Source: a virus
Taxonomy: Duplodnaviria > Caudoviricetes
Direction: 5' to 3' (one strand)
DNA: 54,876 nucleotides
IMG/VR virus record: IMGVR_UViG_3300020122_000144
Location: 1-54,876 of that record
Shown: positions 38,479 to 48,040 of the stretch, one piece after another
How the letters are laid out: each line of letters opens with the position of its first letter
Position numbering within the stretch: the first letter of the stretch is position 1
Position numbers and translations under genes: made by a program
The notes under the pieces: generated by a model
The model's input: the letters and a program-made list of their open reading frames with translations, nothing else
The model's database searches: none
What the model was told of the DNA's origin: nothing

Positions 38479-38584
38479 AGGCTCCTGAGCCGCTCCGCGT
38501 TGGCGGGCTGCGGCGGTTGAAATCGATTCGGGCTCGCCGACCTGGAGTCAGGGGTCGGGTGCCGCGGGCGATTTTCAGGAGCCT
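38479..38584 (-). ncRNA. Structured cis-regulatory leader, copy B (capsid 5' UTR)
   Basis: Perfect 10-bp closing stem AGGCTCCTGA/TCAGGAGCCT covers the SD; homologous to 25548-25644. Confidence 0.75.
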
Positions 38585-38627
38585 GCGCAACGAGACGTCG
38601 TCGTCAGTGGACGTCTCGAATGTTGGA

Positions 38628-38656
38628 ATGGTGATTGGTAATCAGCGATGCGTCAA
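38628..38656 (-). promoter_or_regulatory. Candidate capsid promoter
   Basis: TTGACG-17 nt-CACCAT with GATTACCAA in the spacer; 9-bp hairpin at 38591-38618 just downstream. Confidence 0.6.
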
Positions 38657-38702
38657 CAGGCGCGATGTGCTAGTGGGTTGATTGGACATTGGAGGTCCAA
38701 AC

Positions 38703-38891
38703 ATGGCGGATGAACACATCACATCTGAGCAGCGCGCGGCGGTCGTCGAGGCTATTCACCGACTCGGTGTAAGCGAGGCCGCAAAGCGGCTCGGACTGTC
38801 CAACGAGTCCGTCTTGCGACTGGCCATTGGCGCAGGATCGCAGTCGGGGACAGAGGCGCTAGCTGCCTCTCGAATCGAAAGGTTGGCCTGA
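38703..38891 (+). CDS. Small HTH DNA-binding protein
   Basis: GVSEAAKRLGLSNESVLRL; GGAGG SD. Confidence 0.65.
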   Translation: MADEHITSEQRAAVVEAIHRLGVSEAAKRLGLSNESVLRLAIGAGSQSGTEALAASRIERLA

Positions 38892-39400
38892 TGGGTGTCC
38901 GTGTCGACATGACAGGGCGCACATGCGGGCGGTGGACCGTCACCGGCCCCGGGCCATCTCGCGCAGGGGACGCGTACTGGATGTGCCGGTGCGCCTGCGG
39001 CGTCGAGCGTGCTGTGGTGGGGAAAGATCTGCGGCGCGGCGGATCGGTGTCGTGCGGCTGCTATCAGGCCGAGGCGGTAAGCGCGGCCCTGACCACTCAT
39101 GGCCAGAGCCAGCATTCGCCGGAATATCAGGCGTGGAGAAGTATGCTCGGTCGCTGCTTGCAAAAACGGCGAGGCAGTTATCCGAATTACGGGGGCCGTG
39201 GCATCACCGTTTGCGATGAGTGGAAACTCTCTTTCGAGGCGTTCATCTCGCACATCGGGCCGCGCCCGTCTCCTGGACACAGCGTCGACCGCATCAACAA
39301 CGACGGCAACTATGAGCCGAGCAATGTGCGCTGGGCGACCCGTTCGCAGCAGCAACAAAACCGGCGACCCATCCTCCGCGCCGTGAAGGCGCCCACATGA
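38891..39400 (+). CDS. HNH homing-endonuclease-like protein
   Basis: CxCxCG, SCGC, YGGRGI.VC, DRINNDGNYEPSNVRWAT. Confidence 0.9.
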   Translation: MGVRVDMTGRTCGRWTVTGPGPSRAGDAYWMCRCACGVERAVVGKDLRRGGSVSCGCYQAEAVSAALTTHGQSQHSPEYQAWRSMLGRCLQKRRGSYPNYGGRGITVCDEWKLSFEAFISHIGPRPSPGHSVDRINNDGNYEPSNVRWATRSQQQQNRRPILRAVKAPT

Positions 39401-39579
39401 CCGACGGCCTCCGCCCGCCCATCCCCTACACGATCCGCTTGGTCGACGCGGCGCACTTCAACGTCGACCGCTGCGTCTCTTGCGGTCGCAAGCTGACGCG
39501 GCGCGTGGACGCGTATGGCCGGGCGTTCTACTGGGAGACCGACCACGAACCGTGGTGCGGCGTGCGGATGCTGCGCTAG
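39397..39579 (+). CDS. Small Zn-binding hypothetical protein
   Basis: CVSCG...H..WC; coupled start. Confidence 0.5.
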   Translation: MTDGLRPPIPYTIRLVDAAHFNVDRCVSCGRKLTRRVDAYGRAFYWETDHEPWCGVRMLR

Positions 39580-39580
39580 C

Positions 39581-40348
39581 TCAGCGCGCGACCATCACGA
39601 GCTCAAACTCAGGGCTCGCCGAGGCGCCCTGAGCCAACGCCCACTGGTGAATCGTGAACGTGCCGCCCGGGGGCACGATGACCGGCGGGCTATTCGCCAC
39701 GCGCTTGGAGTTCTGCGACACCTGCGCCGCCGTGAGGCCCGGGTGACCGAAGTGGTCGCCGCGGCCGAAGTTGATGATGAACTCGTCGCCGACGATGTTC
39801 AGCGCGCCGAGCTGGCCGCGACCGACGACGCGAGCCGAGCCCGAGGCCGCCGCGATGACCGAGACGGTCGCCGAGGACTGGAACTTGATGACCGGAGCCA
39901 CCGAGACCGAGGCGTTGCCGTTCGGGTTGACCGGTACGATCGCGGTCGCGAAGTTGTCGGTCGTGATGGCGCGGTACGTCGGATCGAGCACGCACGCGTA
40001 GTAGTGGACCGTCGACGACGTGGCCGCCGCGCTGGCGATCTGCTTCAGTGAGAGGATGTAGAGCGACTTGCCGCCCATCGGCTCGTTGTTGTAGACGTAG
40101 GTGCTCGGGCCGGTCGCGTTGAACGCCGTCTGCGCGGTCACGCCGGTGAGCCCGGTTCCCACGGTCGGCGACGTTGCGACGAGGAGCGAGCCCTCTTCGG
40201 CGTAGCCGTAGAGATTCCCGTCAGCCTCGGAGATGTTGAGCTCGCCGTAGCGCTTGAGGCGAACGGTCTTCGCGATGTCGCGGTCGTCGGGAAACCCGCT
40301 CGCGAGGACACGAGAAACGAAGCCCTGAATCTGTGCTTTGGCGCCCAT
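39581..40348 (-). CDS. Putative virion structural protein, paralog 2
   Basis: Full-length similarity to 40385-41161. Confidence 0.75.
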   Translation of the reverse strand: MGAKAQIQGFVSRVLASGFPDDRDIAKTVRLKRYGELNISEADGNLYGYAEEGSLLVATSPTVGTGLTGVTAQTAFNATGPSTYVYNNEPMGGKSLYILSLKQIASAAATSSTVHYYACVLDPTYRAITTDNFATAIVPVNPNGNASVSVAPVIKFQSSATVSVIAAASGSARVVGRGQLGALNIVGDEFIINFGRGDHFGHPGLTAAQVSQNSKRVANSPPVIVPPGGTFTIHQWALAQGASASPEFELVMVAR

Positions 40349-40384
40349 GATTTTTTCCTTATCTCAACGTTCAGAGCGTTCAGC

Positions 40385-41161
40385 TCAGCGAGCCCACATG
40401 ACGATTTCAGCTTCCGGCTGAATCGCCGCCGTCGTCAGCGCCGGAAACCAGAAGTGACCCGTGAGGCTGCTCTGGGGCGGGATGATGCAGGGCGGGTGAT
40501 TGGTCACCAGGTGACGGCAGGTGGTTTCCACCGCGGTGAGCCCGGGATGCCCCGCGACGTCGCCGCGACCGAAGACCATGGTGTACGCGTCGCCGATGAG
40601 CGGAATGGTCCCCGCGAGCCAGCCCTGCGCGATGCGGCGCGGGCTGACGATCGCCGAGCAAATGCTCGGGGTCGCGCTGTTCTGCATCTTGCACGTGATG
40701 GCGACGGACGTTGCCGAGGCGTTGCCGTTCGGATTGACGACGGACATCTGCTGTCCGCTGTCCGTCGCGAACGAGCGCGCCGCCGTGTCCATGAAGTAGG
40801 CGAACTTCGCGCCCGTCGCCGCAGTCACCGCGGTCGTGACGATCAGCTTGACGTGCGAGAGGTAGAGCGACTTGCCGCCCGCCGGCTCGGGGTTGAAGAT
40901 GTAGAGCTGCGGCGCTGTGTCGACGAACGACTGGCAGCCGTTGCCGGTGATCGACCATGTGAAGCCTGTGCCCACGGTCGGGTTCGTGGCGACGAGGAGC
41001 GAGCCCTCCTCGCAGTAGCCGTACTGGCTGCGGTCGAACTCGGAGACGTTCACCTCGCCGTACTTCTTGAGCCGCAGCGTCTTCGCGACGTCGCGGTCGT
41101 CGACGTAGGGCGCCGGCAGGAGGCGAGAAATGAAGCCCTGGATCTGTGCTTTTGCGCCCAT
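40385..41161 (-). CDS. Putative virion structural protein, paralog 1
   Basis: Shares MGAKAQIQGF, EEGSLLVAT and VNPNGNAS with its neighbour. Confidence 0.75.
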   Translation of the reverse strand: MGAKAQIQGFISRLLPAPYVDDRDVAKTLRLKKYGEVNVSEFDRSQYGYCEEGSLLVATNPTVGTGFTWSITGNGCQSFVDTAPQLYIFNPEPAGGKSLYLSHVKLIVTTAVTAATGAKFAYFMDTAARSFATDSGQQMSVVNPNGNASATSVAITCKMQNSATPSICSAIVSPRRIAQGWLAGTIPLIGDAYTMVFGRGDVAGHPGLTAVETTCRHLVTNHPPCIIPPQSSLTGHFWFPALTTAAIQPEAEIVMWAR

Positions 41162-41176
41162 GTCGATCTCCTGAGG

Positions 41177-41479
41177 TCAGCTCTCGCCGCCGTCGTCTTC
41201 GCCGCCGTCGTCTTCGTCTTCGACGTCGAGAGACAGCTCCATGTTGTCCAGCGCCTCGCCGAGGCCCTTGCGGATGCGCACCAGGTTGCGGTTCATCGCC
41301 GTCAGCGCGTCGAGAACGGCCTCGTTGTCGACCGCACGACCATCGAGGTCGGTGACCGACACGCACGTGACCACGACATCGGCTGACGTTCCGTCTTCCT
41401 GAACGACGCCGCGCAGCATAACTAGTTTGCCTAGCTTGCCGGTGCCGTCCGCAAAGAGTGCAGCCTTCGCTTCAGCCAT
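41177..41479 (-). CDS. Hypothetical protein with acidic tail
   Basis: AGGGG SD, 100 aa. Confidence 0.7.
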   Translation of the reverse strand: MAEAKAALFADGTGKLGKLVMLRGVVQEDGTSADVVVTCVSVTDLDGRAVDNEAVLDALTAMNRNLVRIRKGLGEALDNMELSLDVEDEDDGGEDDGGES

Positions 41480-41490
41480 TGAACACCCCT

Positions 41491-41519
41491 ACGGTGCCTT
41501 GGTAATCGGCAGTCGTCAA
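41491..41519 (-). promoter_or_regulatory. Candidate internal late promoter
   Basis: TTGACG-17 nt-CACCGT with GATTACCAA in the spacer, as at 38628-38656. Confidence 0.6.
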
Positions 41520-41572
41520 TTGCCGCGCTCGGTCGCTATGTCGAATGGGAAGTGGGTTATCGAGAATGGCAA

Positions 41573-41800
41573 TTAGTTGGCCGCGATTCTCACGCTGTCG
41601 ATGTGTGCGCCGAGACTTGGGGCGGTCCCGTCAGATAGGCGCTTCGTCACGTGCTCCGCCTGAATCCAGCCGTCCTTGTCGGCAAGTCGAGTGAGGCGCC
41701 ACGGGCCGGGTGCGCAGCCGCAGTTCCAGCCGTGACCGAAGCCGATGCACTGGACCTCGATGAGATCGCCGACGCGGACCTTGGTGCGAGGCCGGCTCAC
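41573..41800 (-). CDS. Hypothetical protein
   Basis: GTGA-coupled to the scaffold gene. Confidence 0.55.
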   Translation of the reverse strand: MSRPRTKVRVGDLIEVQCIGFGHGWNCGCAPGPWRLTRLADKDGWIQAEHVTKRLSDGTAPSLGAHIDSVRIAAN

Positions 41801-42786
41801 GTCGGCTCCGGCAGCGACGCTGCGATGTGCGCGAGCTGCTGCTCTTCGGTGAGCGAATCCCACGCCGCGGGGGCAACGGCGCGCGTCTGCGCTTGCTTGT
41901 TGGTGAGCGTGGCGCCCGAGGGCTTGGCCTTGGCGGGGGCTGCGGGTGCGGCGGGAGCGGCGGCCTTCTCTTTCCTTGTCAGCTTGATGTACATCTCGGC
42001 CGCTTCGGCGATCTGCTCCGTCGTGAGGTGACCCGTCTTGTGGCCCCTATTCTCCATCCGCCGCAGCGCGAGGTGCGCCTTGTCTAGCTGTCCGTCCGTG
42101 GTGAGCTGAGAGAGTTCGGGGTACGACGTCGCATCGTCGGCGACCTTCGCAAAGTTGGCTTCGGCCTGCGCCACGAGCCTTGCCGTCTGCGCCGCCTTCT
42201 GCTCGTTCGCGAGTCGCTGTTCCAGCGCTGCCGCACGCGCATCGGAGGCGTCGAGCCTCTCCTGCAACCGCTGCGTCACCGCCTCGGGCGTGTTCTCCCG
42301 CAGCGCGCGCGCCGCAAGGTCGGCGTCGGTCATGCCGGCGTTGACCTTCAGCGCCTTGTACGGGTCGGCTTTGAACGCGGCCTCGCGCTCCAAGTGCGCG
42401 GCGTTCTCGCGCCGCAGCGCCTCCGCCTCGCGCGCCGAACGCTGCACGGCCTCGCGCTGCTCGGCTAGCGCCGCCTGCTGCGCGGCATACCGCCGCGAGC
42501 CCTCGCGTGCGACCTTCGCGGCCTTCGCGGCTCGCTCGAGCGCCTCGTCGGGGACAGGGGCGACGGGCTCGACGATCGGCTCCTCGGTAGCGGCTTCCTC
42601 CGTCGCCTCCGCAGGCTTCAGCGCCTCCGTGGCCGCCGCCGCATCCTCGTCGATGGTCGTGGCGGTCGGCTCCGGCAAGAGCGCCGACAGTTCCTCGATG
42701 GTGGGCTCCCCTTGCTCGGAGGCCGACTGCGTGATGATGGGCGCGCCCGAGAGGGCGATGGGGGCGGCGGTGGCTTGCTGTGTCAT
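41797..42786 (-). CDS. Capsid scaffolding protein
   Basis: Acidic N-terminus, long coiled coil, follows the portal. Confidence 0.75.
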   Translation of the reverse strand: MTQQATAAPIALSGAPIITQSASEQGEPTIEELSALLPEPTATTIDEDAAAATEALKPAEATEEAATEEPIVEPVAPVPDEALERAAKAAKVAREGSRRYAAQQAALAEQREAVQRSAREAEALRRENAAHLEREAAFKADPYKALKVNAGMTDADLAARALRENTPEAVTQRLQERLDASDARAAALEQRLANEQKAAQTARLVAQAEANFAKVADDATSYPELSQLTTDGQLDKAHLALRRMENRGHKTGHLTTEQIAEAAEMYIKLTRKEKAAAPAAPAAPAKAKPSGATLTNKQAQTRAVAPAAWDSLTEEQQLAHIAASLPEPT

Positions 42787-42791
42787 GATTT

Positions 42792-44684
42792 TCAGGCAGC
42801 TCCTAGAAGATTCTGCGCGGCGCTATGCGCCTGCATACGTGTCACGTCGTTCTGGATGTGCTGGCCCATGCCGGGCTGCTGCGGTGCGGCCGGCGCGGGC
42901 GGAGGCGTCATCGCTTTGATCTGCGCGGTCGCCGAATCCATCCACTGAATCATCTGGTCAAGACGGTCCGCCGGAACCGCGTTGTCGCGCGCCTTCAGAT
43001 AGGACATCTGCATCCACTTCAGAGCGTCCGGGAGATCCATCTGCCCGATCGGGAGTCTGAGCAGCCCCTTCTCGATGATGTTCGTCACGTCGGTCATCGT
43101 GTTGTCGTACGAAGCGTCGGCGTACGACCGCGATGCCTCGTCGTCGGGCATCGCCAGCATGCGGCGCCCCTCGCGCGGATCGATCATCTGCGCGTTCATC
43201 ATGGTCTGCACCTGATCGAGTCGCGCCGCCGGCTCGTCAGCGAGGAAGTTCGTCGGGTACATCGCGAGGACGTATTCCTCCTCGCGCATGTTGACGTCGC
43301 CCCACTTGATCGCGTCCATCATCTTGCCCGGCGCCTTCACCGAGAACTCCGGGTAGTCCTCGGCAATCTCGGCGGCGAGATGGATGATCTGCTGCGCAAT
43401 GCGCATGTACCAATCCTGGTACTCGGCATAGCAAGGCTTGAAGCGGGTGCTGGTCGCCTCCGCGTAGACCAGCAGCGAGCGCCCGGAATTTAGTCCCGGC
43501 GGCTTTTCTCCGGCCGCGTTCATCTGCGGCACGCCGACGAGCTCGAAGGCGCGGCCCCAGAGGCGGTCTAGGTGCGCATAGACGTCGTTGGCGACGGCGT
43601 TGGGTGCGTGGAACGAGGGAGGCGTGCCGCGATACCGAATGATCGACGCCTGCACGTCGTCAATCGCGTTGGTGTTGACGTTGCTGCTCTCCTCGCATAG
43701 CCAATGCCCGACCGCGTACATCTGCGCGCGCTGGATCGAAACCATCATTCGCGACAGCTCGACCTGAATCGGCCCGAGCTCGTCGGCCAACGACTCGCCG
43801 TGGATGCCCTGGATAGGCCGCTCGCGATACAGAATCTCGCAAGGGAAGCGGTGATACGTCCACTCCTCGTCTTCGACGCACTCGTCAACGCCGACCACGG
43901 CGATGACGTGGCGCCCGGCCGTCTCGGAGTCGGGAGGCAAGCTCCACGCCTCGACGACCACGCACCACTCCACGATATTCACTTGGTCGAACGACTCACC
44001 GACGTCATCGAACTCGCCGCCCGTGGCGTGCTCGAGAATTTTCGCGGCCAGCACGGGGTTCTTCTTCATGACCGACGCGGCATACGCGCGCTTGTCCATG
44101 AACTTGACGTGGTAGCCGTTCTGCGGGTGACCGTCCGCGGCCTCCTGATCGTCCCACAGCCACTCCCACGGCAGCGTCCGCTCGATGCCCACGCGCGGCT
44201 TCTTCGGTTCCGTCTTGTCCTTGAAGAACTTCACCACGCCGAACGTGAAGAGCGCCGAGTCGCGGGCGCACTGGTAGGCCTGAATGTGGAGCGACTGGTC
44301 GTAGCATGTGCCGTCGACGAACTTCTCGAGGCGCTTGGCCCTGCGCTGGATGGCGTCGTCGCCGCCGCTCGTGACGAATGAGACCTTGGGCCGGTCCTTC
44401 GTGACCATCGCCACGTAGGTGTTGACGACGCTCTTGACGACGTTGAGTGCGAGGCGTCGGCCGCGGGAAATCTGCCGCTGCCTGTAGAGGCGCGGGCTGA
44501 GGCCCATCATCGGTAGCGAGCCGTACATGCGCGCGGCGCGCAGCATGCCCTCGCGCGTCGTCGCCTGGTCGCGCCAGAGGCGCCCGGCTACGTCGGTCAC
44601 GATGGTCGCGCGCCGGTCCTTATTCTCTTCCGCTTGCCAGCAGACGTCCGCGTTGCCGTTATCGGCGTGGTTGTAGGTGCTCAT
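42792..44684 (-). CDS. Portal protein
   Basis: 630 aa after the terminase; G.P..GLNSG motif; Q/P-rich tail. Confidence 0.85.
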   Translation of the reverse strand: MSTYNHADNGNADVCWQAEENKDRRATIVTDVAGRLWRDQATTREGMLRAARMYGSLPMMGLSPRLYRQRQISRGRRLALNVVKSVVNTYVAMVTKDRPKVSFVTSGGDDAIQRRAKRLEKFVDGTCYDQSLHIQAYQCARDSALFTFGVVKFFKDKTEPKKPRVGIERTLPWEWLWDDQEAADGHPQNGYHVKFMDKRAYAASVMKKNPVLAAKILEHATGGEFDDVGESFDQVNIVEWCVVVEAWSLPPDSETAGRHVIAVVGVDECVEDEEWTYHRFPCEILYRERPIQGIHGESLADELGPIQVELSRMMVSIQRAQMYAVGHWLCEESSNVNTNAIDDVQASIIRYRGTPPSFHAPNAVANDVYAHLDRLWGRAFELVGVPQMNAAGEKPPGLNSGRSLLVYAEATSTRFKPCYAEYQDWYMRIAQQIIHLAAEIAEDYPEFSVKAPGKMMDAIKWGDVNMREEEYVLAMYPTNFLADEPAARLDQVQTMMNAQMIDPREGRRMLAMPDDEASRSYADASYDNTMTDVTNIIEKGLLRLPIGQMDLPDALKWMQMSYLKARDNAVPADRLDQMIQWMDSATAQIKAMTPPPAPAAPQQPGMGQHIQNDVTRMQAHSAAQNLLGAA

Positions 44685-44718
44685 TCATGGGAACCTCGGG
44701 CGCAGGGTCGGGGGCAGC

Positions 44719-44937
44719 TCACTCCAGCATCTCCTCGGGAATCCCCTCGGTGCAGGCAAACAGCAGATCGTCGTACTTCTGTTTCTGCGTGCGCGGGACC
44801 TCGGGCTTCGCGTCGGGGTCCTTCGCAACAGCCACCGGCGGAATCGTGATCTCGATGTCGCCAAGCTTGGCTCGGCCCGTGACGCCGGCCTCCTGCATGG
44901 TGGCGATGAACTCGCGGAGTTCGGAGGCGGTAATCAT
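44719..44937 (-). CDS. Small protein between terminase and portal
   Basis: 72-aa coupled ORF. Confidence 0.65.
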   Translation of the reverse strand: MITASELREFIATMQEAGVTGRAKLGDIEITIPPVAVAKDPDAKPEVPRTQKQKYDDLLFACTEGIPEEMLE

Positions 44938-46349
44938 GAATAGTCGTCCTCACTAAAGAACTTCGACCCGAACTCGCTCGCCCCGTTCACCGCGCGCCGC
45001 TGCTCTTCCTCATGCCGCGCCCAGATCGCCGCGGTCTCCGCCTGGATCACCAAGTGCGGGTCCGTCACGACTTCAGCCACGGGCGTCTGCAGGAACGACC
45101 ACGCCGCGCGCCACGAATACAGAAGCGCGTCGGTGAGGTGGTTCGCGAACGACGGCGACTCCTTCTGATGCGTCTCGTCGGCCCAGGGCAGCTCGCCGAG
45201 CTCCTTCAGCAGCGCCGCGTTCGCGCGCTCCAAGACCACGAGTTCCCCGCGCTCGATCGCGCCGTTCATGAGCCCGATGTATCCACGCTTGTTGACCTTG
45301 TCCGCCGGCTCGATAGGGATGCCGTGACGCCGCTGGAATTCGATACCGAACGCCGCGCCCATGCCGCCGAGGTCGCCGATGATGCGGGAGAGCGGATAGC
45401 GAGACTGGTATTCCTTCACGCGGTCGGCGCTGTCGGTGACGGTCTTGCCGGCCTCCTTGAACGACTCCACGACATACGTGACCGGATCATTCTTCCGCCA
45501 ACCCAACACGACATACGCGCACGCGTCACGGATGCCGAAGTCGACGCCGAGCAGATACGACCACTCGCCGTTCGGCGGCACCGCAGCCACGCGCGTCACG
45601 ATGCGGTAGACGAGGCCCGAGGAGTCGCGGACCCACACGCCGTCAAGAAGCTGACGCCGGGTCAGTTCGTCGAGCTTCGAGAGCGTCTCGCGGTACGACT
45701 TCGCGTCGACGGAGGGATTGTCGTCGAGCGTCGCGGGGACGAACGGCCGGTCCTCCGACAGCGTTTCGACGAAGCGTCGGTACACCCAGTCGTGACCGAT
45801 GCCGCCGGGGTTTGATGCCGACCGCATGCGCAGCGGACACTGCTGCGTGGTCTTGCGGAGACGGCTGAAGAGGTACAGGTACCAAGCTTCGGGGAACTGC
45901 GTGGTCTCGTCGAAGCCGACGAACTGCCACGCGCCGCCCTGGTAGGCGTCCTTGTCGCGCGCGTTGTCGAAGTAGCCAAAGCTGAGCGTGGCCCCGGAAG
46001 GAAAGTGCCACGTTCGCGTCTCCGCCTTCCACACCGCGCGCGTCGGCCGCAGCCACTCATCGGCGCGCGCCATGATGGCGTCGGAGCGCATCAAGTCCTT
46101 GAACGTGCGACGCAGAATCAGCGCCGCGTAGCTCGGAATGTGGACGTACTGCAGCGCCGCCATGAGCAACGCGTCCGACTTGCCGCCGCCCGTCGCCCCG
46201 CCGTAAAGCGCTTCGGGGCCATCGAGCGACAGGAACGCCATCTGCTTCGGATGGGGGCGGTGCGGACACCACTCCGTCCAACGCTTGCGGCGTTCCTGTT
46301 CTTTCTCGACAGCCGATAGCGTCATCGGCGGTAGCGGGGCGGCGGTCAC
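44934..46349 (-). CDS. terL: Terminase large subunit (start 46349 or 46325)
   Basis: Walker A GGATGGGKS, Walker B VGFDE, ASNPGG, RNase H-type GVDFG...D...NHLTDA. Confidence 0.95.
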   Translation of the reverse strand: MTAAPLPPMTLSAVEKEQERRKRWTEWCPHRPHPKQMAFLSLDGPEALYGGATGGGKSDALLMAALQYVHIPSYAALILRRTFKDLMRSDAIMARADEWLRPTRAVWKAETRTWHFPSGATLSFGYFDNARDKDAYQGGAWQFVGFDETTQFPEAWYLYLFSRLRKTTQQCPLRMRSASNPGGIGHDWVYRRFVETLSEDRPFVPATLDDNPSVDAKSYRETLSKLDELTRRQLLDGVWVRDSSGLVYRIVTRVAAVPPNGEWSYLLGVDFGIRDACAYVVLGWRKNDPVTYVVESFKEAGKTVTDSADRVKEYQSRYPLSRIIGDLGGMGAAFGIEFQRRHGIPIEPADKVNKRGYIGLMNGAIERGELVVLERANAALLKELGELPWADETHQKESPSFANHLTDALLYSWRAAWSFLQTPVAEVVTDPHLVIQAETAAIWARHEEEQRRAVNGASEFGSKFFSEDDYS

Positions 46350-46353
46350 GGGG

Positions 46354-48040
46354 TCAGGCGGTGGGCTTGGTGTCGGGGATCGTTGCGAGTGCGGGCGTCG
46401 GGTCGGTGGGCGCCGGCTGCGTCTCGGGTGCCGCGGGGACGACGACCACGGGGGCCGGCGGTGCGGGAGCGGGCTCAGGAGCCGGTGCCGGTGCCGCAAG
46501 GCTCTTCAGCTTGTCGCTGACGCCCGCGAAGCCCGTGAGCTTCGCTGCCGCTGCGAGGCGAGCGCTGATGCCGTTGAGCGCGTCGATCGCCGCCGGCGAG
46601 GTCGTACCGTTGGCGGCGATCTCCACGGCCGCCATGGCCGCTACCGCTGCCGTAAGCTCGGCGCTGAGCAGCGTGGCCTCGGCGTCGAGCGCCGCGGCGA
46701 GGGCGTCGGCGTTGGCCGAGATGGAGGCGATCGCGTCGTCGAGCTTCGTCATAATCTGTTCCTGTCTGGATTCGATGCGTTGGAGAGTGTGGTGGATGGA
46801 GGCGAGCACGTCAGCCTTGGGCCGCCGAAGCCGCGTCGATGGCCGCAGCGTCCGCATCCGCGCGGCGCTTCTCTTCGGCCTTGCGCGCGTTGGCGGCGGC
46901 GACGATGGCGGCCTCCTTGGCGGCCAGGTCCGCGCGCGCCTTGGTGTTCAAGGCCTGCGTGGCGAGGTCTTCGAGCGTCGGCCCGAAGCGCTCGACGCCG
47001 TCGCGCGGCACGTACTGGCAGAGGTCGCCCTTCGAGATGCGGACGAGCTGCGTCGCCGTGTCGAACTCGACGGTCACGCCGTGGTCGATGTGGAAGAACT
47101 TGGTGGACGAGACCGCGAGGCCTTTGTCGCCGCCCGCGAGCCGGGGGATTTCCGCTTTGATGTGGACGGACTGGTACTGGATCTTCATGGATTGTTCCTC
47201 GGGGTCGGGAGAGACGGTGGGCGCATTGGTGCGCGGGTACTTGCGAGCCATCAGCCGACCTTCGCGACGGTGACGACGCCCGGCTTCTGGTCCGCGAGTC
47301 GTGGCCGCTCGACCGCGTCCGCGAAGAGCCCGCTGGTGTCGCCCGCCACGAGCGCCGCCATCTGCTCGTCGGTCGCCGGCACGAACGTGACCGCGTCGTG
47401 GCTGTCAGTGATGCGTACGACGTTCGCCGCCTTCGCCCGCTGCCGAGCCTCGATGCGGGCCACCCGCAGGTTGTTGCGCCGCGTCTTCCGGCACTGGCCG
47501 TGCGTCGGCGTGACGACACGCACGCGCGCCGCCATCTCGATCGCCGTGGCGCGTCGACCGGCGAGGCGCTCCATGGCCTCGGCGACGGTGGGCGGGTTGC
47601 CGTCCACGGTGAGGGTCTCGTCGTCCATCACGACCCCACCACCATGTCGAGCAGCCGAAGCAAGTCATCATCGCTGATGAGCCCGCCCTCGGGATGGCGC
47701 ACGCCGTCCTCGCCCATCGGCGCGTTCAGTTCCAGCAGTTGAACGAAGCGCGCGCCCATGCACGCCGATAGCAATGGACGGGGCGTCTCGACTTCGATGA
47801 AGTCGGAGCGGTCGGCGGAGTAGATCCTCACGGCGCCGCGATCTCCGCCTGCGGAAGCCACGCGGTCCACTTGCCGGGCGTGTGGAACTGCACGAGCACC
47901 GCGGGGCCCTTGGGCTCGCCGCCGATGCCGAAGCCCGCCGCCGCGCTCTCGTAGCTCAGGATCGTGCACGAGCCGTCGCCGGCCCACGTCGCGATCTCTC
48001 CGCCCTGCGTCTTACCGATCCACTTCGCTTGCTGTGCCAT
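46354..48040 (-). other. Five hypothetical ORFs between terS and terL (46354-46809, 46811-47251, 47251-47631, 47628-47831, 47828-48040)
   Basis: Abutting or overlapping ORFs. Confidence 0.6.

Noticed and set aside
39581-41161. MG- N-termini of the paralogs as substrates for QueC-type protein deazaguanylation
   Set aside because: They are unlinked to queC, N-terminal Gly is common, and this QueC looks canonical.
41188-41226. Tandem repeat CGCCGCCGTCGTCTT
   Set aside because: It simply encodes an acidic EDDGG tail.
42787-42804. Third copy of the structured leader (GATTTTCAGG match)
   Set aside because: Only about 10 nt match and the other stems are absent.
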